DNA of 64,000 nt from Thermoplasmata archaeon (GTDB lineage: Archaea; Thermoplasmatota; Thermoplasmata; Lutacidiplasmatales; UBA184): assembly GCA_021817605.1 (NCBI GenBank), contig JAKAUN010000004.1:68427-132426 (forward strand). The letters run 5' to 3'. Position numbers and translations under genes: made by a program. Numbering within the stretch: position 1 is the first letter of the stretch; each line of letters begins with the position of its first letter. The notes under the pieces are model-generated. The model ran no database searches and had not been told where the DNA came from. It saw nothing but the letters and a program-made list of their open reading frames with translations. Shown here piece by piece: positions 27,484 to 37,588 of the stretch.

Positions 27484-28085
27484 GCGCTCCTCCCGCGCGA
27501 GCCGCTCCTCCGCCCGCCGCCGCAGGCGAGGCCACGGAGCTCCCGTCCCACGAGCCGGGGGTGCCGTTCATAGAGATCGAGACCCTCCGCACCCGGCAGT
27601 TCCTCCCGGCGGCGAAGGAGGCGCTCGGCGATCTCATCGCCGAGAAGGGCCAGTCCTCGCTCATCCGCCCGGTCTTCAACTGGGCCGGTCGCAACTCGCT
27701 CTTCCCGCTCCACTGGGGCCTCGCCTGCTGCGCCATCGAGTTCGCTGCCGGGTTCGGCGCCCGCTGGGACGCGGAACGCTTCGGCGTCGTTCCGCGCTCC
27801 TCGCCGCGCCAGTGCGATCTTCTGATCGTCAACGGCACGGTCACCTGGAAGGTCGCGCACAAGCTCATCACCCTCTACGAGCAGATGCCCGAGCCCAAGT
27901 GGGTCATCGCGATGGGAAACTGCGCGACCGGCGGCGGACCGTTCCGGACCGCCTACTCGGTCGTTCCCGGCGTCGACAAGCTCGTGCCGGTCGACGTCTA
28001 CATCGCCGGCTGCCCGCCGCGGCCCGAGGCGATGCTGGACGGGATCCTTCGGCTCGAGCAGCTCATCCAGGAGCGCAAGGAGTAG
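27480..28085 (+). CDS. nuoB: NADH-quinone oxidoreductase subunit B (20 kDa, N2 cluster)
   Basis: ATG 27480 overlaps the nuoA stop (ATGA). Contains [18 protein letters not shown] and AGCPPRPEA motifs. Confidence 0.9.
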   Translation: MSAPPARAAPPPAAAGEATELPSHEPGVPFIEIETLRTRQFLPAAKEALGDLIAEKGQSSLIRPVFNWAGRNSLFPLHWGLACCAIEFAAGFGARWDAERFGVVPRSSPRQCDLLIVNGTVTWKVAHKLITLYEQMPEPKWVIAMGNCATGGGPFRTAYSVVPGVDKLVPVDVYIAGCPPRPEAMLDGILRLEQLIQERKE

Positions 28086-28119
28086 CCCGCGCGGCGCGGG
28101 GGGCACGGAGGGGGGGAAC

Positions 28120-28596
28120 GTGGCACCGACCGAAGTTGCGGAGACGCTGGGCGCGCGCCTGGGGAGCCGCCTTCTCGGCGTCGAGCCGTTCCCGGGGACC
28201 GCGGGCCGCGTCCGATTCGACCGGTCCGGTGCGCTCGAGCTGTTCCGCTCGATGCGGGACGACCTCGGCTACCTCCACCTCTCGATGATCGCGGGGATCG
28301 ACTGGGTCGACCACCGCGAGGTCGTCTACGTCCTCTGGTCGGACACGCGGGGCGACTACGCGCTCCTCTCGACCGACCTTCCCGCGAACGACGCCCATGT
28401 CGAGTCGGCTTCGGGGATCTGGCCGAGCGCGAACTGGCACGAGCGCGAGGCGTGGGAGATGGTCGACATCACCTTCGACCACCACCCGGACCTTAGGCAC
28501 CTCCTCATGCCGGAGGGCTACCAGTTCCACCCGCTGCTGCGCTCCTTCAAGCTCCACGAGCCCGAGCAGCTGGAGGTCAAGACGCGCAATGTCTGA
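28120..28596 (+). CDS. nuoC: NADH-quinone oxidoreductase subunit C (30 kDa)
   Basis: NuoC-family sequence (the ERE.WEM. region). Confidence 0.85.
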   Translation: MAPTEVAETLGARLGSRLLGVEPFPGTAGRVRFDRSGALELFRSMRDDLGYLHLSMIAGIDWVDHREVVYVLWSDTRGDYALLSTDLPANDAHVESASGIWPSANWHEREAWEMVDITFDHHPDLRHLLMPEGYQFHPLLRSFKLHEPEQLEVKTRNV

Positions 28597-29734
28597 CATC
28601 TGGATCAACATGGGGCCGCAGCACCCCATGACCCACGGGCTCTGGAACCTGAGGGTGCGCATCGAAGGAGAGCTCATCCGGGATGTCGACCCGGAGGTCG
28701 GCTACCTTCACCGCGGGATCGAGAAGATCAGCGAGGACCGCCACTACAACGAGGTGGTCACGCTGATGGACCGGACCTGCTACGTCGCCGGCCTCTCTTG
28801 GGAGCACCTCTACATGCTCGCCGCCGAGCAGGCGCTTCACATCGACCCGCCGGAGCGCGCGCAGTACCTCCGGGTGCTCTGCGACGAGTTCCAGCGGATC
28901 GGTTCCCACATCATGTGGTACGCCGCCTTCGTCCAGGACATCGGGCTCATGAGCCCGTTCCTCTACGGAATGCGCGACCGCGACCTCGTCCTCGACCTCT
29001 TCCAGAGCTACACCGGCGCCCGCATGACCTACGAGTACATGCGGGTCGGCGGGGTCCGCAACGACCTTCCCCCCGGGTTCACCCACCAGGCGCGCAAGGT
29101 CCTCGACTGGCTGACCGACCGCTTCCACGAGTACGACCAGCTCTGTCTCGGCTCGACGATATTCCACAAGCGCTGCGACAACCTGGGGGTGCTCTCCGGG
29201 AAGGACGCCATCGCCTACGGCGTCACGGGCCCGATGCTCCGGTCGGCCGGGGTCAAGCGCGACCTCCGCAAGGACCGCCCCTACGCCGTCTACGACCGCC
29301 TCGAGTTCGATGTCGCCGTCGCGGACGGGGCGGACGTCACCGGACGCTACCTGGTCCGCATGGAGGAGCTCCGCCAGTCGGTCCGCATCCTTCGCCAGGT
29401 CCTCGACTGGCTCGACCACCACCCCGGGCCGGTGTTGGCCGACCGGGTCCCCCGATGGCTCGGGGCCCCGTATGCGCCGGTGGGGCAGGAGGGCTACCTC
29501 CTCAAGCGCCGGTTCCCCACGGGCGTGGGGTTCTCCTCCGTCGAGGAGCCCCACGGGGAGGCCCAGGCCTACGTCGTCAACCAGGGCGGGGAGCACCCCT
29601 ACCGCGTCAAGTTCCGCTCGCCGGTCTACTCCAACGTCAGCGCCGCACGCCAGTACCTCGTAGGCTACCACGTCGCCGACATCCCGCCGATCATGGGAAG
29701 CGTCGACGTCTGCGTAGGCGAGGTCGACCGCTAG
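28589..29734 (+). CDS. nuoD: NADH-quinone oxidoreductase subunit D (49 kDa)
   Basis: ATG 28589 (MSDIWINMGPQHPMTHG...) overlaps the nuoC stop by 8 nt. NuoC and NuoD are not fused. Confidence 0.9.
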   Translation: MSDIWINMGPQHPMTHGLWNLRVRIEGELIRDVDPEVGYLHRGIEKISEDRHYNEVVTLMDRTCYVAGLSWEHLYMLAAEQALHIDPPERAQYLRVLCDEFQRIGSHIMWYAAFVQDIGLMSPFLYGMRDRDLVLDLFQSYTGARMTYEYMRVGGVRNDLPPGFTHQARKVLDWLTDRFHEYDQLCLGSTIFHKRCDNLGVLSGKDAIAYGVTGPMLRSAGVKRDLRKDRPYAVYDRLEFDVAVADGADVTGRYLVRMEELRQSVRILRQVLDWLDHHPGPVLADRVPRWLGAPYAPVGQEGYLLKRRFPTGVGFSSVEEPHGEAQAYVVNQGGEHPYRVKFRSPVYSNVSAARQYLVGYHVADIPPIMGSVDVCVGEVDR

Positions 29735-29746
29735 GGGGCTGGCACG

Positions 29747-30877
29747 GTGTCGAACGTCACGCTCTACTCGATCTCCTACGACCTCTCGCACGCCGTCGTC
29801 TTCGCGGTCGGCTCGCTCGCCTACGGCTCCTGGCGCGCGGCCATCGACTCGAACGCGGTCGTCACGACGATCGCGGTGCTCGTCTTCGCGGTGATCCTGC
29901 TCGCCGCGAGCATGCTCAACACGATCGTGCTCATCTGGTACGAGCGCAAGCTCCTCGGCCGGTTCATGGACCGCCGGGGGGCGATGCATGTCGGCTACGC
30001 GGGGCTCCTCCAGAACTTCGCGGACGGGCTCAAGCTGTTCCGCAAACACACCTTCGCCCCGCGCGAAGCGGACGACCTCGGATTCTACTTCGGGCCGACC
30101 GCCTACATGGTGAGCTCGATGCTCATCTTCGGCATCCTGCCGATCTCCTCCGGCTGGAACTCGGGGGCCCTTCCGCTGAGCCTCCTCCTCGCCCTGGTGA
30201 TCTTCTCCTTCGCTCCGCTGTTCATCTTCGTCAGCGCCTGGTCGAGCAACAACAAGTACTCCCTGATGGGCGGGATGCGCTCGGCGGCCCAGATGATCGC
30301 CTACGAGGTGCCGTTGCTCCTCGCCGTCGTGGCGGTCGTCCTCGTCGCGGGGAGCTTCGACCTCTCGACCATCGTCTACGAGCAGCAGAACTACTGGTTC
30401 TGGGGGCCGCTCGTCGTCGCGCTCGTGGTCTTCGTGGCGGCGATGCTCGCCGAGATGGAACGGATCCCCTTCGACCTCCCCGAGGCCGAGGCGGAGCTCG
30501 TCGAGGGCTGGAACACCGAGTACGGCGGGATGCTCTTTGCCTTCTTCATGCTCGCCGACTATCTCCGCGCCCTCGTGGGCAGCATCCTGGTCGTCCTGCT
30601 CTTCCTCGGCGGATGGACCCTCCCGACCTGGGTGCCGTCGGCGGCGACCTCCTTCCCTCTCGCGGGGATCTTCTGGTTCATGGTCAAGACCTACATCGTC
30701 TTCGGGCTGTTCGTCTGGGTCCGCGCTTCGCTTCCCCGGGTGCGGACCGACCAGCTGCTCCGCGTGGGATGGAACCGGATGATCCCGCTCGCGCTGCTCT
30801 CCGTCTTCCTCGCCGCGCTCTTGGTCTCGGCGAGATGCCTGCCGGTCTTCGGCTGCGTGCCGTCCCTGGGGGGCTAG
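29747..30877 (+). CDS. nuoH: NADH-quinone oxidoreductase subunit H
   Basis: GTG start. Contains the VLIWYERKLLGRFMDRRG and ADGLKLF motifs. Confidence 0.9.
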   Translation: MSNVTLYSISYDLSHAVVFAVGSLAYGSWRAAIDSNAVVTTIAVLVFAVILLAASMLNTIVLIWYERKLLGRFMDRRGAMHVGYAGLLQNFADGLKLFRKHTFAPREADDLGFYFGPTAYMVSSMLIFGILPISSGWNSGALPLSLLLALVIFSFAPLFIFVSAWSSNNKYSLMGGMRSAAQMIAYEVPLLLAVVAVVLVAGSFDLSTIVYEQQNYWFWGPLVVALVVFVAAMLAEMERIPFDLPEAEAELVEGWNTEYGGMLFAFFMLADYLRALVGSILVVLLFLGGWTLPTWVPSAATSFPLAGIFWFMVKTYIVFGLFVWVRASLPRVRTDQLLRVGWNRMIPLALLSVFLAALLVSARCLPVFGCVPSLGG

Positions 30878-30911
30878 GCGAGAGCGGTCCTGGCGGAGAG
30901 GAGGCGCAACG

Positions 30912-31691
30912 ATGACGGAAGAGCTCACGGCGACCGAGAAACCGAGCGACAACCCGGTTCTCTACGTCGCCCGCCCGATGGCGACGGCGGCGAGACAGTT
31001 CGCCAAGAGCCTCCTGCGCCCCTCCACGATCGTCTACCCGTACGAGAGGCTCGAGGACCCCAAGTTCCGCGAGCAGGTCCAGGTCGCCTCGGGAAAGCCG
31101 ATCGGCGTCGGTGCGGTCTGGGACAACTACCGGGGCGTCCACGCGCTCAACATCGCCACGTGCATCAGCTGCAACCTCTGCGCGTTCTCCTGCCCGGACC
31201 TCTGCATTGAGATGGTGACGGTCCCCGGCGGGGACCCGAAGCACGCGAAGAAGTGCCCTGAGATCGACTACGGCAAGTGCAGCTACTGCGGCTTCTGTTC
31301 CGACGCCTGCCCGGAGGGCTGCCTCACCATGACGACCCGCTACGAGCTCTCGACCCCCAAGCGCTCGGAGATGGTCTACTCGCCGCAGAAGCTCTACGAG
31401 GTCTATCGGACCAAGCTGCCGATGAACCCAATCCGGCTCGAGCGGCCGGCCAACGAGGACTCCATCCTGCTCGACCCGCCGCTGTGCATCGGATGCAACG
31501 CCTGCGCCCGCGATTGCCCGACGCAGTGCATCACGATGCTCGAGATCCCCAAGCCGACCGCCAAGCCGGGGGAGAAGCTCCCCAAGCGCATCTGGAAGGA
31601 GCCGGTCGTCAACGACTCGGACTGCGTGCGCTGCGGGACGTGCGTCAGCGTCTGCCCGAAGGAGTGCCTGTTCTGGGGGAGCCGCAGGTGA
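30912..31691 (+). CDS. nuoI: NADH-quinone oxidoreductase subunit I-like with duplicated ferredoxin domain (four CxxCxxCxxxCP motifs)
   Basis: Motifs CISCNLCAFSCP, CSYCGFCSDACP, CIGCNACARDCP and CVRCGTCVSVCP. At 259 aa it is longer than typical NuoI (2 clusters). Confidence 0.8.
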   Translation: MTEELTATEKPSDNPVLYVARPMATAARQFAKSLLRPSTIVYPYERLEDPKFREQVQVASGKPIGVGAVWDNYRGVHALNIATCISCNLCAFSCPDLCIEMVTVPGGDPKHAKKCPEIDYGKCSYCGFCSDACPEGCLTMTTRYELSTPKRSEMVYSPQKLYEVYRTKLPMNPIRLERPANEDSILLDPPLCIGCNACARDCPTQCITMLEIPKPTAKPGEKLPKRIWKEPVVNDSDCVRCGTCVSVCPKECLFWGSRR

Positions 31692-32176
31692 ACCTCGAGG
31701 AGATCGCCTTCGCGATCCTGGCGCTCGTCGCCGTCGCGACGGCGACGCTCTCGCTGCTCGTGCGCGAGCTCGTCCACACGATCCTCTGGGTCGCGGTGTT
31801 CTTCGTCGACCTTTCGGCGATCTACTTCCTCCTCTACGCGCCGTTCCTCGGCGTCCTCCAGCTCGGCGTCTACGCCGGGGCGGTCACGGTGCTCCTGCTC
31901 TTCGGGATCATGGTGACGAGGAAGCGGATCTTCGCCCGCGAGGCCGCCACCGGCCTGGGGCCGGTGCCTCTCGGGCTCGTTCTCACCGTCTTCATCTTCC
32001 TGGTCGCCGCGCTCGGCGAGCTCCCGCAGGGGCTCGTCGCGCAGAGGAGCTACGCTCCGAGCGATCTCTCCGCCTATCTCTTCGGCCCGGGGGGACCGTG
32101 GCTCCTCCTCCTCGGGCTCGTGATGCTCACGTCGGTCTCGGGAGCGATCTACCTCGTTCGGGAGGGACGCGAGTGA
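31688..32176 (+). CDS. nuoJ: NADH-quinone oxidoreductase subunit J
   Basis: GTG 31688 overlaps the nuoI stop (GTGA). Hydrophobic, NuoJ-like. Confidence 0.8.
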   Translation: MNLEEIAFAILALVAVATATLSLLVRELVHTILWVAVFFVDLSAIYFLLYAPFLGVLQLGVYAGAVTVLLLFGIMVTRKRIFAREAATGLGPVPLGLVLTVFIFLVAALGELPQGLVAQRSYAPSDLSAYLFGPGGPWLLLLGLVMLTSVSGAIYLVREGRE

Positions 32177-32493
32177 GCGGGCTACCCTTCGCCGGGTTTC
32201 TGGTCCTCTCCGGCGCGCTGCTCGCCGTGGGCCTCTTCGGGGTGCTCACACGACGGAACTTCATCCTGCTACTCATCGCCATCGAGATCGCGATGAACGC
32301 GGCGATCCTCAACTTCGTCTACTTCGCCGCCTTTGCCCGAGCGCCGTCGCCCGGCCTCCCCGGCCAGGCAATCGCCGTCGTCCTCATCGGGTTCGCCGCC
32401 ACCGAGGTCGCGGTGGGGCTCGCCATCGTGCTCGCGCTCAACCGCGTCAAGGGGTCGATCAATGTGGCCGAAGCCTCGGAGCTCAAGCTGTAG
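32173..32493 (+). CDS. nuoK: NADH-quinone oxidoreductase subunit K
   Basis: GTG 32173 overlaps the nuoJ stop. Contains ILLLIAIEIAMNAA...EVAVGLAIVLAL. Confidence 0.85.
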   Translation: MSGLPFAGFLVLSGALLAVGLFGVLTRRNFILLLIAIEIAMNAAILNFVYFAAFARAPSPGLPGQAIAVVLIGFAATEVAVGLAIVLALNRVKGSINVAEASELKL

Positions 32494-32634
32494 GGGGCCA
32501 CCGGACTGACGCTCGGACTCGAACCTCTGTTTAGGTGGGCGTTCCTCGTCCCCCTTCTCTACGTCCTCTCCTTCGTCATCGTCGGCCTTGCCGGCCGCCG
32601 CCTTTCCCGCCTCGAGTGGGGCGGGTGGCTCGCG

Positions 32635-34509
32635 GTGGCGTTCGGCGGGGTGGCCATGGTCCTCGGCGTGCTCCTTGGGATCGGCGAGGCCTCCTCGCCC
32701 GGGAGCTACACCAACGTCCAGTTCACCTGGCTCAAGCTCGCGCCCTCGCCCGGCCCGTTCCCCAGCGGCTTCGAGCTCGTCATGGGCACGCTGGTCGACC
32801 CGATCTCCGCGCTCGTCCTCGTGGTCGTCACGGTCGTCGGCTTCCTCGTCCTCCTCTACTCGATCGGCTACATGCACCACGACCGCGGGCTTCCTCGCTA
32901 CTACGCCGAGCTCTCGCTGTTCCTGGCGGCGATGAGCGGCCTCGTGATCTCCAACAACCTGCTGGAGTTCTTCCTGTTCTGGGAGCTGGTCGGGCTCTGT
33001 TCCTACCTGCTCATCGGATTCTACTACGAGAAGCCCTCGGCAGCGAGCGCCGCGAAGGAGGCGTTCCTCGTCACGCGGGTCGGCGACGTGATGTTCCTCC
33101 TCGGGATCTTCCTCTTCTTCTTCGTCTACGCGACCAAGGGCCCCGCGGGCACCGGCGGCTGGGCGGCGAGCGGCTTTGTCTTCGTCCACGGCGCCGCACC
33201 GTTCGTGCCGGTCGGCACCGGCAACGCGACGCTCCTCACCATCGCCGGGATCATGATCCTCGGCGGAGCGGCAGGGAAGAGCGCGCAGTTCCCGCTCCAC
33301 GTCTGGCTGCCGGACGCGATGGAAGGCCCCACCACCGTCTCCGCGCTCATCCACGCCGCGACGATGGTCGCGGCGGGGGTCTACCTGCTCGCGGTGACGA
33401 GCCTGTTCCTCGGGTTCACCGCGCTCGACCAGACGGTCATCGTCGCGATCGGCGGGTTCACCGCCTTCTTCGCCGCGACGATGGCGCTCGTCCACCCGGA
33501 CATCAAGCGCGTGATCGCCTACTCGACGGTGAGCCAGCTCGGCTACATGGTCCTCGCCGTCGGCGCGGGGTTCACGATGGTCGGGCTCTTCCACCTGTTC
33601 ACTCACGCGTTCTTCAAGGCCCTCCTCTTCCTCGCCGCCGGCTCGGTCATCCACGCGGTCGGGACCCAGGACCTGTTCAAGATGGGCGGGCTCCGAAAGA
33701 AGATGCGCCTCACCTCCGCCGCCTTCGCCATCGGCGGCCTCGCTCTCGCCGGGATCCCGCCGTTCGCCGGCTTCTGGAGCAAGGACGACATCCTGAGCTC
33801 GGTCTATTCGACCCTCCCGTCGCATCCAGCGTACTGGCCGGCCTTCCTCCTCGCCTTCGCCGCGGTGTTCCTCACGGCCTACTACATCTTCCGCGCCTGG
33901 TTCCTCGCCTTCTCCGGAGATAAGCCGCGGGACCCGGCGCTCGAGCATGCCCACGAGGGGCCGTGGGTCATGGCCGTCCCGCTCGTCGTGCTGAGCGCCG
34001 TGGCGATCGGCGGGGGGCTGCTCGTCTACCTCCCCGGCTTTGCCGGGCTCCTCCTCCACGGGGGCGGGACTCCCGGGATCCCCCCCACGCTCTCCCCGAC
34101 CGATCTTCTCCTCTCGACGGCGAGCGTCCTTCTCGCCGTCGGAGGGATCCTTCTCGCCTGGAGGCTCTGGGGGAACGGACGGGTCGCTCCCCTCCCGAGC
34201 TCGTCGGCCGTCCGCTCGGTACGCCAGGTGCTGCTGGCCCGCTACGGGATGAAGGCAGCCTACGACTGGATCGGGACGAAAGGGGTCTACACCCTCGCCC
34301 GCGGAGCGGACTTCTTCGACCGGTTCGTCATCGACGGGACCGTCCACGGCTTCGAGCGGACCTTCGGCGGCCTCTCCGACCGCCTTCGGAGGATCCAGAC
34401 CGGCGTGGTCTCCGACTACGCCTCCTACGTGGTCGCCGGGCTCATCGCGGTCTTCGCGCTGATGCTCCTCCTCGCCCCGTACCTCCTGAGCCGCCTCGGA
34501 GGGGCGTAG
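32635..34509 (+). CDS. nuoL: NADH-quinone oxidoreductase subunit L (first canonical start; conserved TM1 extends upstream to ~32506 in frame)
   Basis: Clear NuoL sequence. It lies in the same frame as nuoK, and after the nuoK TAG the frame reads ...LFRWAFLVPLLYVLSFVIVGLAGRRLSRLEWGG..., which aligns with E. coli NuoL residues 4-28. There is no ATG/GTG/TTG until GTG 32635. CTG codons occur at 32506 and 32527. Confidence 0.85.
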   Translation: MAFGGVAMVLGVLLGIGEASSPGSYTNVQFTWLKLAPSPGPFPSGFELVMGTLVDPISALVLVVVTVVGFLVLLYSIGYMHHDRGLPRYYAELSLFLAAMSGLVISNNLLEFFLFWELVGLCSYLLIGFYYEKPSAASAAKEAFLVTRVGDVMFLLGIFLFFFVYATKGPAGTGGWAASGFVFVHGAAPFVPVGTGNATLLTIAGIMILGGAAGKSAQFPLHVWLPDAMEGPTTVSALIHAATMVAAGVYLLAVTSLFLGFTALDQTVIVAIGGFTAFFAATMALVHPDIKRVIAYSTVSQLGYMVLAVGAGFTMVGLFHLFTHAFFKALLFLAAGSVIHAVGTQDLFKMGGLRKKMRLTSAAFAIGGLALAGIPPFAGFWSKDDILSSVYSTLPSHPAYWPAFLLAFAAVFLTAYYIFRAWFLAFSGDKPRDPALEHAHEGPWVMAVPLVVLSAVAIGGGLLVYLPGFAGLLLHGGGTPGIPPTLSPTDLLLSTASVLLAVGGILLAWRLWGNGRVAPLPSSSAVRSVRQVLLARYGMKAAYDWIGTKGVYTLARGADFFDRFVIDGTVHGFERTFGGLSDRLRRIQTGVVSDYASYVVAGLIAVFALMLLLAPYLLSRLGGA

Positions 34510-34515
34510 GCGCCG

Positions 34516-35991
34516 ATGCTGCCGCTGCTCTCGCTCGTCCTCGCCACCCTCTTCGTCGGGACGCTTGCCACCTTCCTCGCGGGCTCGCGCGCCCGATGGG
34601 TCGCTCTCGTGGTCTCGTCCGCCTTCCTTGCGGAGGTCGCGCTGCTCTTCGCCGACTTCACCGGCTGGCCCGGCTACTCGGCGCAGCTCGTCCCCGGCTT
34701 CTCCGAGGGGGAGAGCTACGCCTGGCTCCACCTCTCCTGGCTGCAGATCAACTACACGGTCGGGGTCGACGGCATCTCGCTGGTGCTCATCCTGCTCACG
34801 GCGATCCTCCAGATCGCGACCGTGCTCTACTCCTGGAAGGAGGCGAAGAAGCCGAACGCCTACTTCGGCCTCCTCCTGCTCACCTGTCTCGGTTCCTTTG
34901 GGGTCTTCGTCGCGCTGGACATCCTGCTGTTCTTCCTGTTCTGGGAGGCGGTCCTCGTCCCGATGTTCTTCCTCATCGGCTTCTGGGGAGGGCCACGACG
35001 CCGCTACGCCGCGCTCAAGTTCTTCATCTACACCCACGTCGCGTCGATCGTCATGCTCTTCGGCCTGCTGGCCGTCGTCTTCTACTCCGGCTCGACCAGC
35101 CTCGACTTCTCGGCGGTCTACCTCGCCGCCCGCGGTCTCGCCCCGGTGGTCCAGACGCTCCTGTTCCTCGCGCTGTTCTTCGGCTTCGCCGTGAAGTTCC
35201 CTGTCGTCCCGTTCCACACCTGGCTGCCGGACGCGCATGTCGAGGCGCCGACGGGAGGCTCCGTGCTCCTCGCCGGCCTATTGCTGAAGCTCGGCGGCTA
35301 CGGGCTCATCCGCTGGGGTGTCGAGCTGTTGCCGATCGGCTTCGCGCACGACCGCTCGATCCTCTTCGCGATCGCCTTCCTCACCATCGTCTGGGGCTCG
35401 GTCGTCTCGCTCTCCCAGCGCGACCTCAAGCGGCTGGTCGCCTACTCGTCCATCAACCACATGGGCATCGTCCTCCTGGCGATCGCCCTCAACAGCTCGC
35501 TCGGGCTGCTCGCCGCGGTCCTCCTCATGTTCGCCCACGGGATCGTGAGCGGACTGCTCTTCATGACCGCCGGCTCGGTCCACCACACCTTCGGCACGCG
35601 CGACCTGCCCGCGGTCGGAGGGATCACGCCGAGGACCCCGGCGCTCTCGACGATGGTGATGGTGGGCTCCCTCGCCTCGCTCGGCCTGCCGGCGCTCATC
35701 GGCTTCCCCGCCGAGTTCACGGCGCTCCTGGCGACGTGGGACGGTCTCCGCTACCTCGTGTTCATCCCGCTCGTCATCCTGGTCGTGACCGCCGCCTTCT
35801 ACCTGTGGATGATGCAGCGGCTCCTTTTCGGGCCCGTGCGGGGCGTGCCGGACGGGGCCCACGACATCCCCTGGTACGAGGGCGCCGGGATGGGCATTTT
35901 GGTCATCCTCACCGTCCTGTTCGGCATCCTGCCGAGCCTTCTGACGAACGTGATCGTGAGCTCGCCGATCCGCGGGTTCCCGGGGCCGTAA
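34516..35991 (+). CDS. nuoM: NADH-quinone oxidoreductase subunit M
   Basis: NuoM/ND4-family antiporter-like subunit. Confidence 0.9.
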   Translation: MLPLLSLVLATLFVGTLATFLAGSRARWVALVVSSAFLAEVALLFADFTGWPGYSAQLVPGFSEGESYAWLHLSWLQINYTVGVDGISLVLILLTAILQIATVLYSWKEAKKPNAYFGLLLLTCLGSFGVFVALDILLFFLFWEAVLVPMFFLIGFWGGPRRRYAALKFFIYTHVASIVMLFGLLAVVFYSGSTSLDFSAVYLAARGLAPVVQTLLFLALFFGFAVKFPVVPFHTWLPDAHVEAPTGGSVLLAGLLLKLGGYGLIRWGVELLPIGFAHDRSILFAIAFLTIVWGSVVSLSQRDLKRLVAYSSINHMGIVLLAIALNSSLGLLAAVLLMFAHGIVSGLLFMTAGSVHHTFGTRDLPAVGGITPRTPALSTMVMVGSLASLGLPALIGFPAEFTALLATWDGLRYLVFIPLVILVVTAAFYLWMMQRLLFGPVRGVPDGAHDIPWYEGAGMGILVILTVLFGILPSLLTNVIVSSPIRGFPGP

Positions 35992-35992
35992 G

Positions 35993-37588
35993 ATGAGCTC
36001 GCTGTTCGACCTTGCGGGCACCTTCGCCCCCGAGCTCGTCCTCCTCGCCGGGGCCCTGCTGGTCTTCCTCCTGGACGTCCTCAAGCTCCGGCGGCTCGAG
36101 CTCGTCGGCTCGGTCTCGGTCGGGGCGAGCCTCCTCGCCCTCGCCCTCGTCGTCGCCGACCTCGGCTTTGCCCCGTTCGCCTCGCTGAGGACCCTCTCCG
36201 CCGCCCAGGTGAACCCGTCGCTCTCGGCGCTCGCCACGCCGCTCTGGACGTTCACCTCGCTCGGCCTCGTCTTCCAGGGGATGTTCCTGCTCGCCACCCT
36301 GCTCGTCTCGGTCGCGTCCCTCTCGCGGGGGTCGAAGGAGACCGGCGGGCCGATCTTCTTCGGACTCCTCCTCCTCGCGACGCTCGGGATGCTTCTGGTC
36401 GCGATCTCCTCCGACCTCATCTTCCTCCTCCTCGCGATCGAGCTCAGCTCCATCGCGACCTACGTGCTGGTCGGCTACACGCGGAGGGGGCTCCGCCCGC
36501 TCGAGGCGGCGATGAAGTTCTACATCATCGGGGCGGTGAGCTCCGCCCTCTCGTTCTTCGGCGCCTCGCTCCTCTTCGGCGCCTACGGGACGACCAACCT
36601 CCTCGCGATCCGCGAGGTCGCCGGGACGGTCGGCACCCCGATCCTCGCTCTCCTCGGATACGCCTTTTTGCTTTCCGGCCTCGCGTTCAAAGCGACGCTC
36701 GTGCCTTTCCACGCCTGGGCGGTCGACGTCTACGACGGCGCCCCGTCGGACGTGAGCGCCTTCCTCGCCGGGGGGACGAAGAAGGTCGGCATCTTCGCCG
36801 TTCTCCTGGTCTTCCTCGGACCGATCCTCTTCGCGGGGGCGGGAGGCAGCTCCAACCCGTTCCAGGGAGGCCCGTTCACGCTCGGGCCGATCCTCCAGGT
36901 GACGCTCGGCACGCTCGCCGTCGTCACGATGACCGTGGGCAACGTGCTCGCCCTTCTCCAGAAGGAGATGAAGCGGCTGCTCGCCTACTCGTCGATCAGC
37001 CAAGCCGGCTACATGCTTCTCGGCGTGACGATAGGGACCGCCCCGGCGATCGCCGGAGCGACCTTCCAGGTGCTCGCGCACGTCCTGATGAAGGGAGGCG
37101 CCTTCCTCGTCGTTGCCGGGGTGGCGGGGCTCGGCATCGGCCCGCTCGTCGACGACTGGCGGGGGCTCGGGAGCCGAAGGCCGCTGCTCTCGGTCGCCTT
37201 CGCCCTGTTGCTTCTCTCCCTCGCGGGAGTCCCGCTCACGATCGGCTTCGTCTCGAAGTTCGTCCTGTTCAGCGCCGCCGTCCAGGCGCAGGGCTTCTTC
37301 GTCTGGCTCGCCGTCGCGGGGCTCCTCAACAGCGCTCTGTCGGTCTTCTACTACGCCCGCGTCCTCAAGGTCATCTACTTCGAGGCGCCGCCGGCTCCTC
37401 TCCCTACGGGAGGCGCGGTGGTCGGAGGCGCGGGACCCGAGCCGCTGCGCGCCGGAGGGCTCGGGATCGGCCGCGCGGTCGCCATCGGAGTCGCGACGGC
37501 GCTCGTGGTCGCCCTCGGGGTCGACCCGCAGCCGTTGCTCGGCCCGATCCAGGCGGCGGCCTCGCACTTCGTCTTCTTCTGGAGGTGA
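35993..37588 (+). CDS. nuoN: NADH-quinone oxidoreductase subunit N
   Basis: NuoN/ND2-family antiporter-like subunit. Confidence 0.9.
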   Translation: MSSLFDLAGTFAPELVLLAGALLVFLLDVLKLRRLELVGSVSVGASLLALALVVADLGFAPFASLRTLSAAQVNPSLSALATPLWTFTSLGLVFQGMFLLATLLVSVASLSRGSKETGGPIFFGLLLLATLGMLLVAISSDLIFLLLAIELSSIATYVLVGYTRRGLRPLEAAMKFYIIGAVSSALSFFGASLLFGAYGTTNLLAIREVAGTVGTPILALLGYAFLLSGLAFKATLVPFHAWAVDVYDGAPSDVSAFLAGGTKKVGIFAVLLVFLGPILFAGAGGSSNPFQGGPFTLGPILQVTLGTLAVVTMTVGNVLALLQKEMKRLLAYSSISQAGYMLLGVTIGTAPAIAGATFQVLAHVLMKGGAFLVVAGVAGLGIGPLVDDWRGLGSRRPLLSVAFALLLLSLAGVPLTIGFVSKFVLFSAAVQAQGFFVWLAVAGLLNSALSVFYYARVLKVIYFEAPPAPLPTGGAVVGGAGPEPLRAGGLGIGRAVAIGVATALVVALGVDPQPLLGPIQAAASHFVFFWR

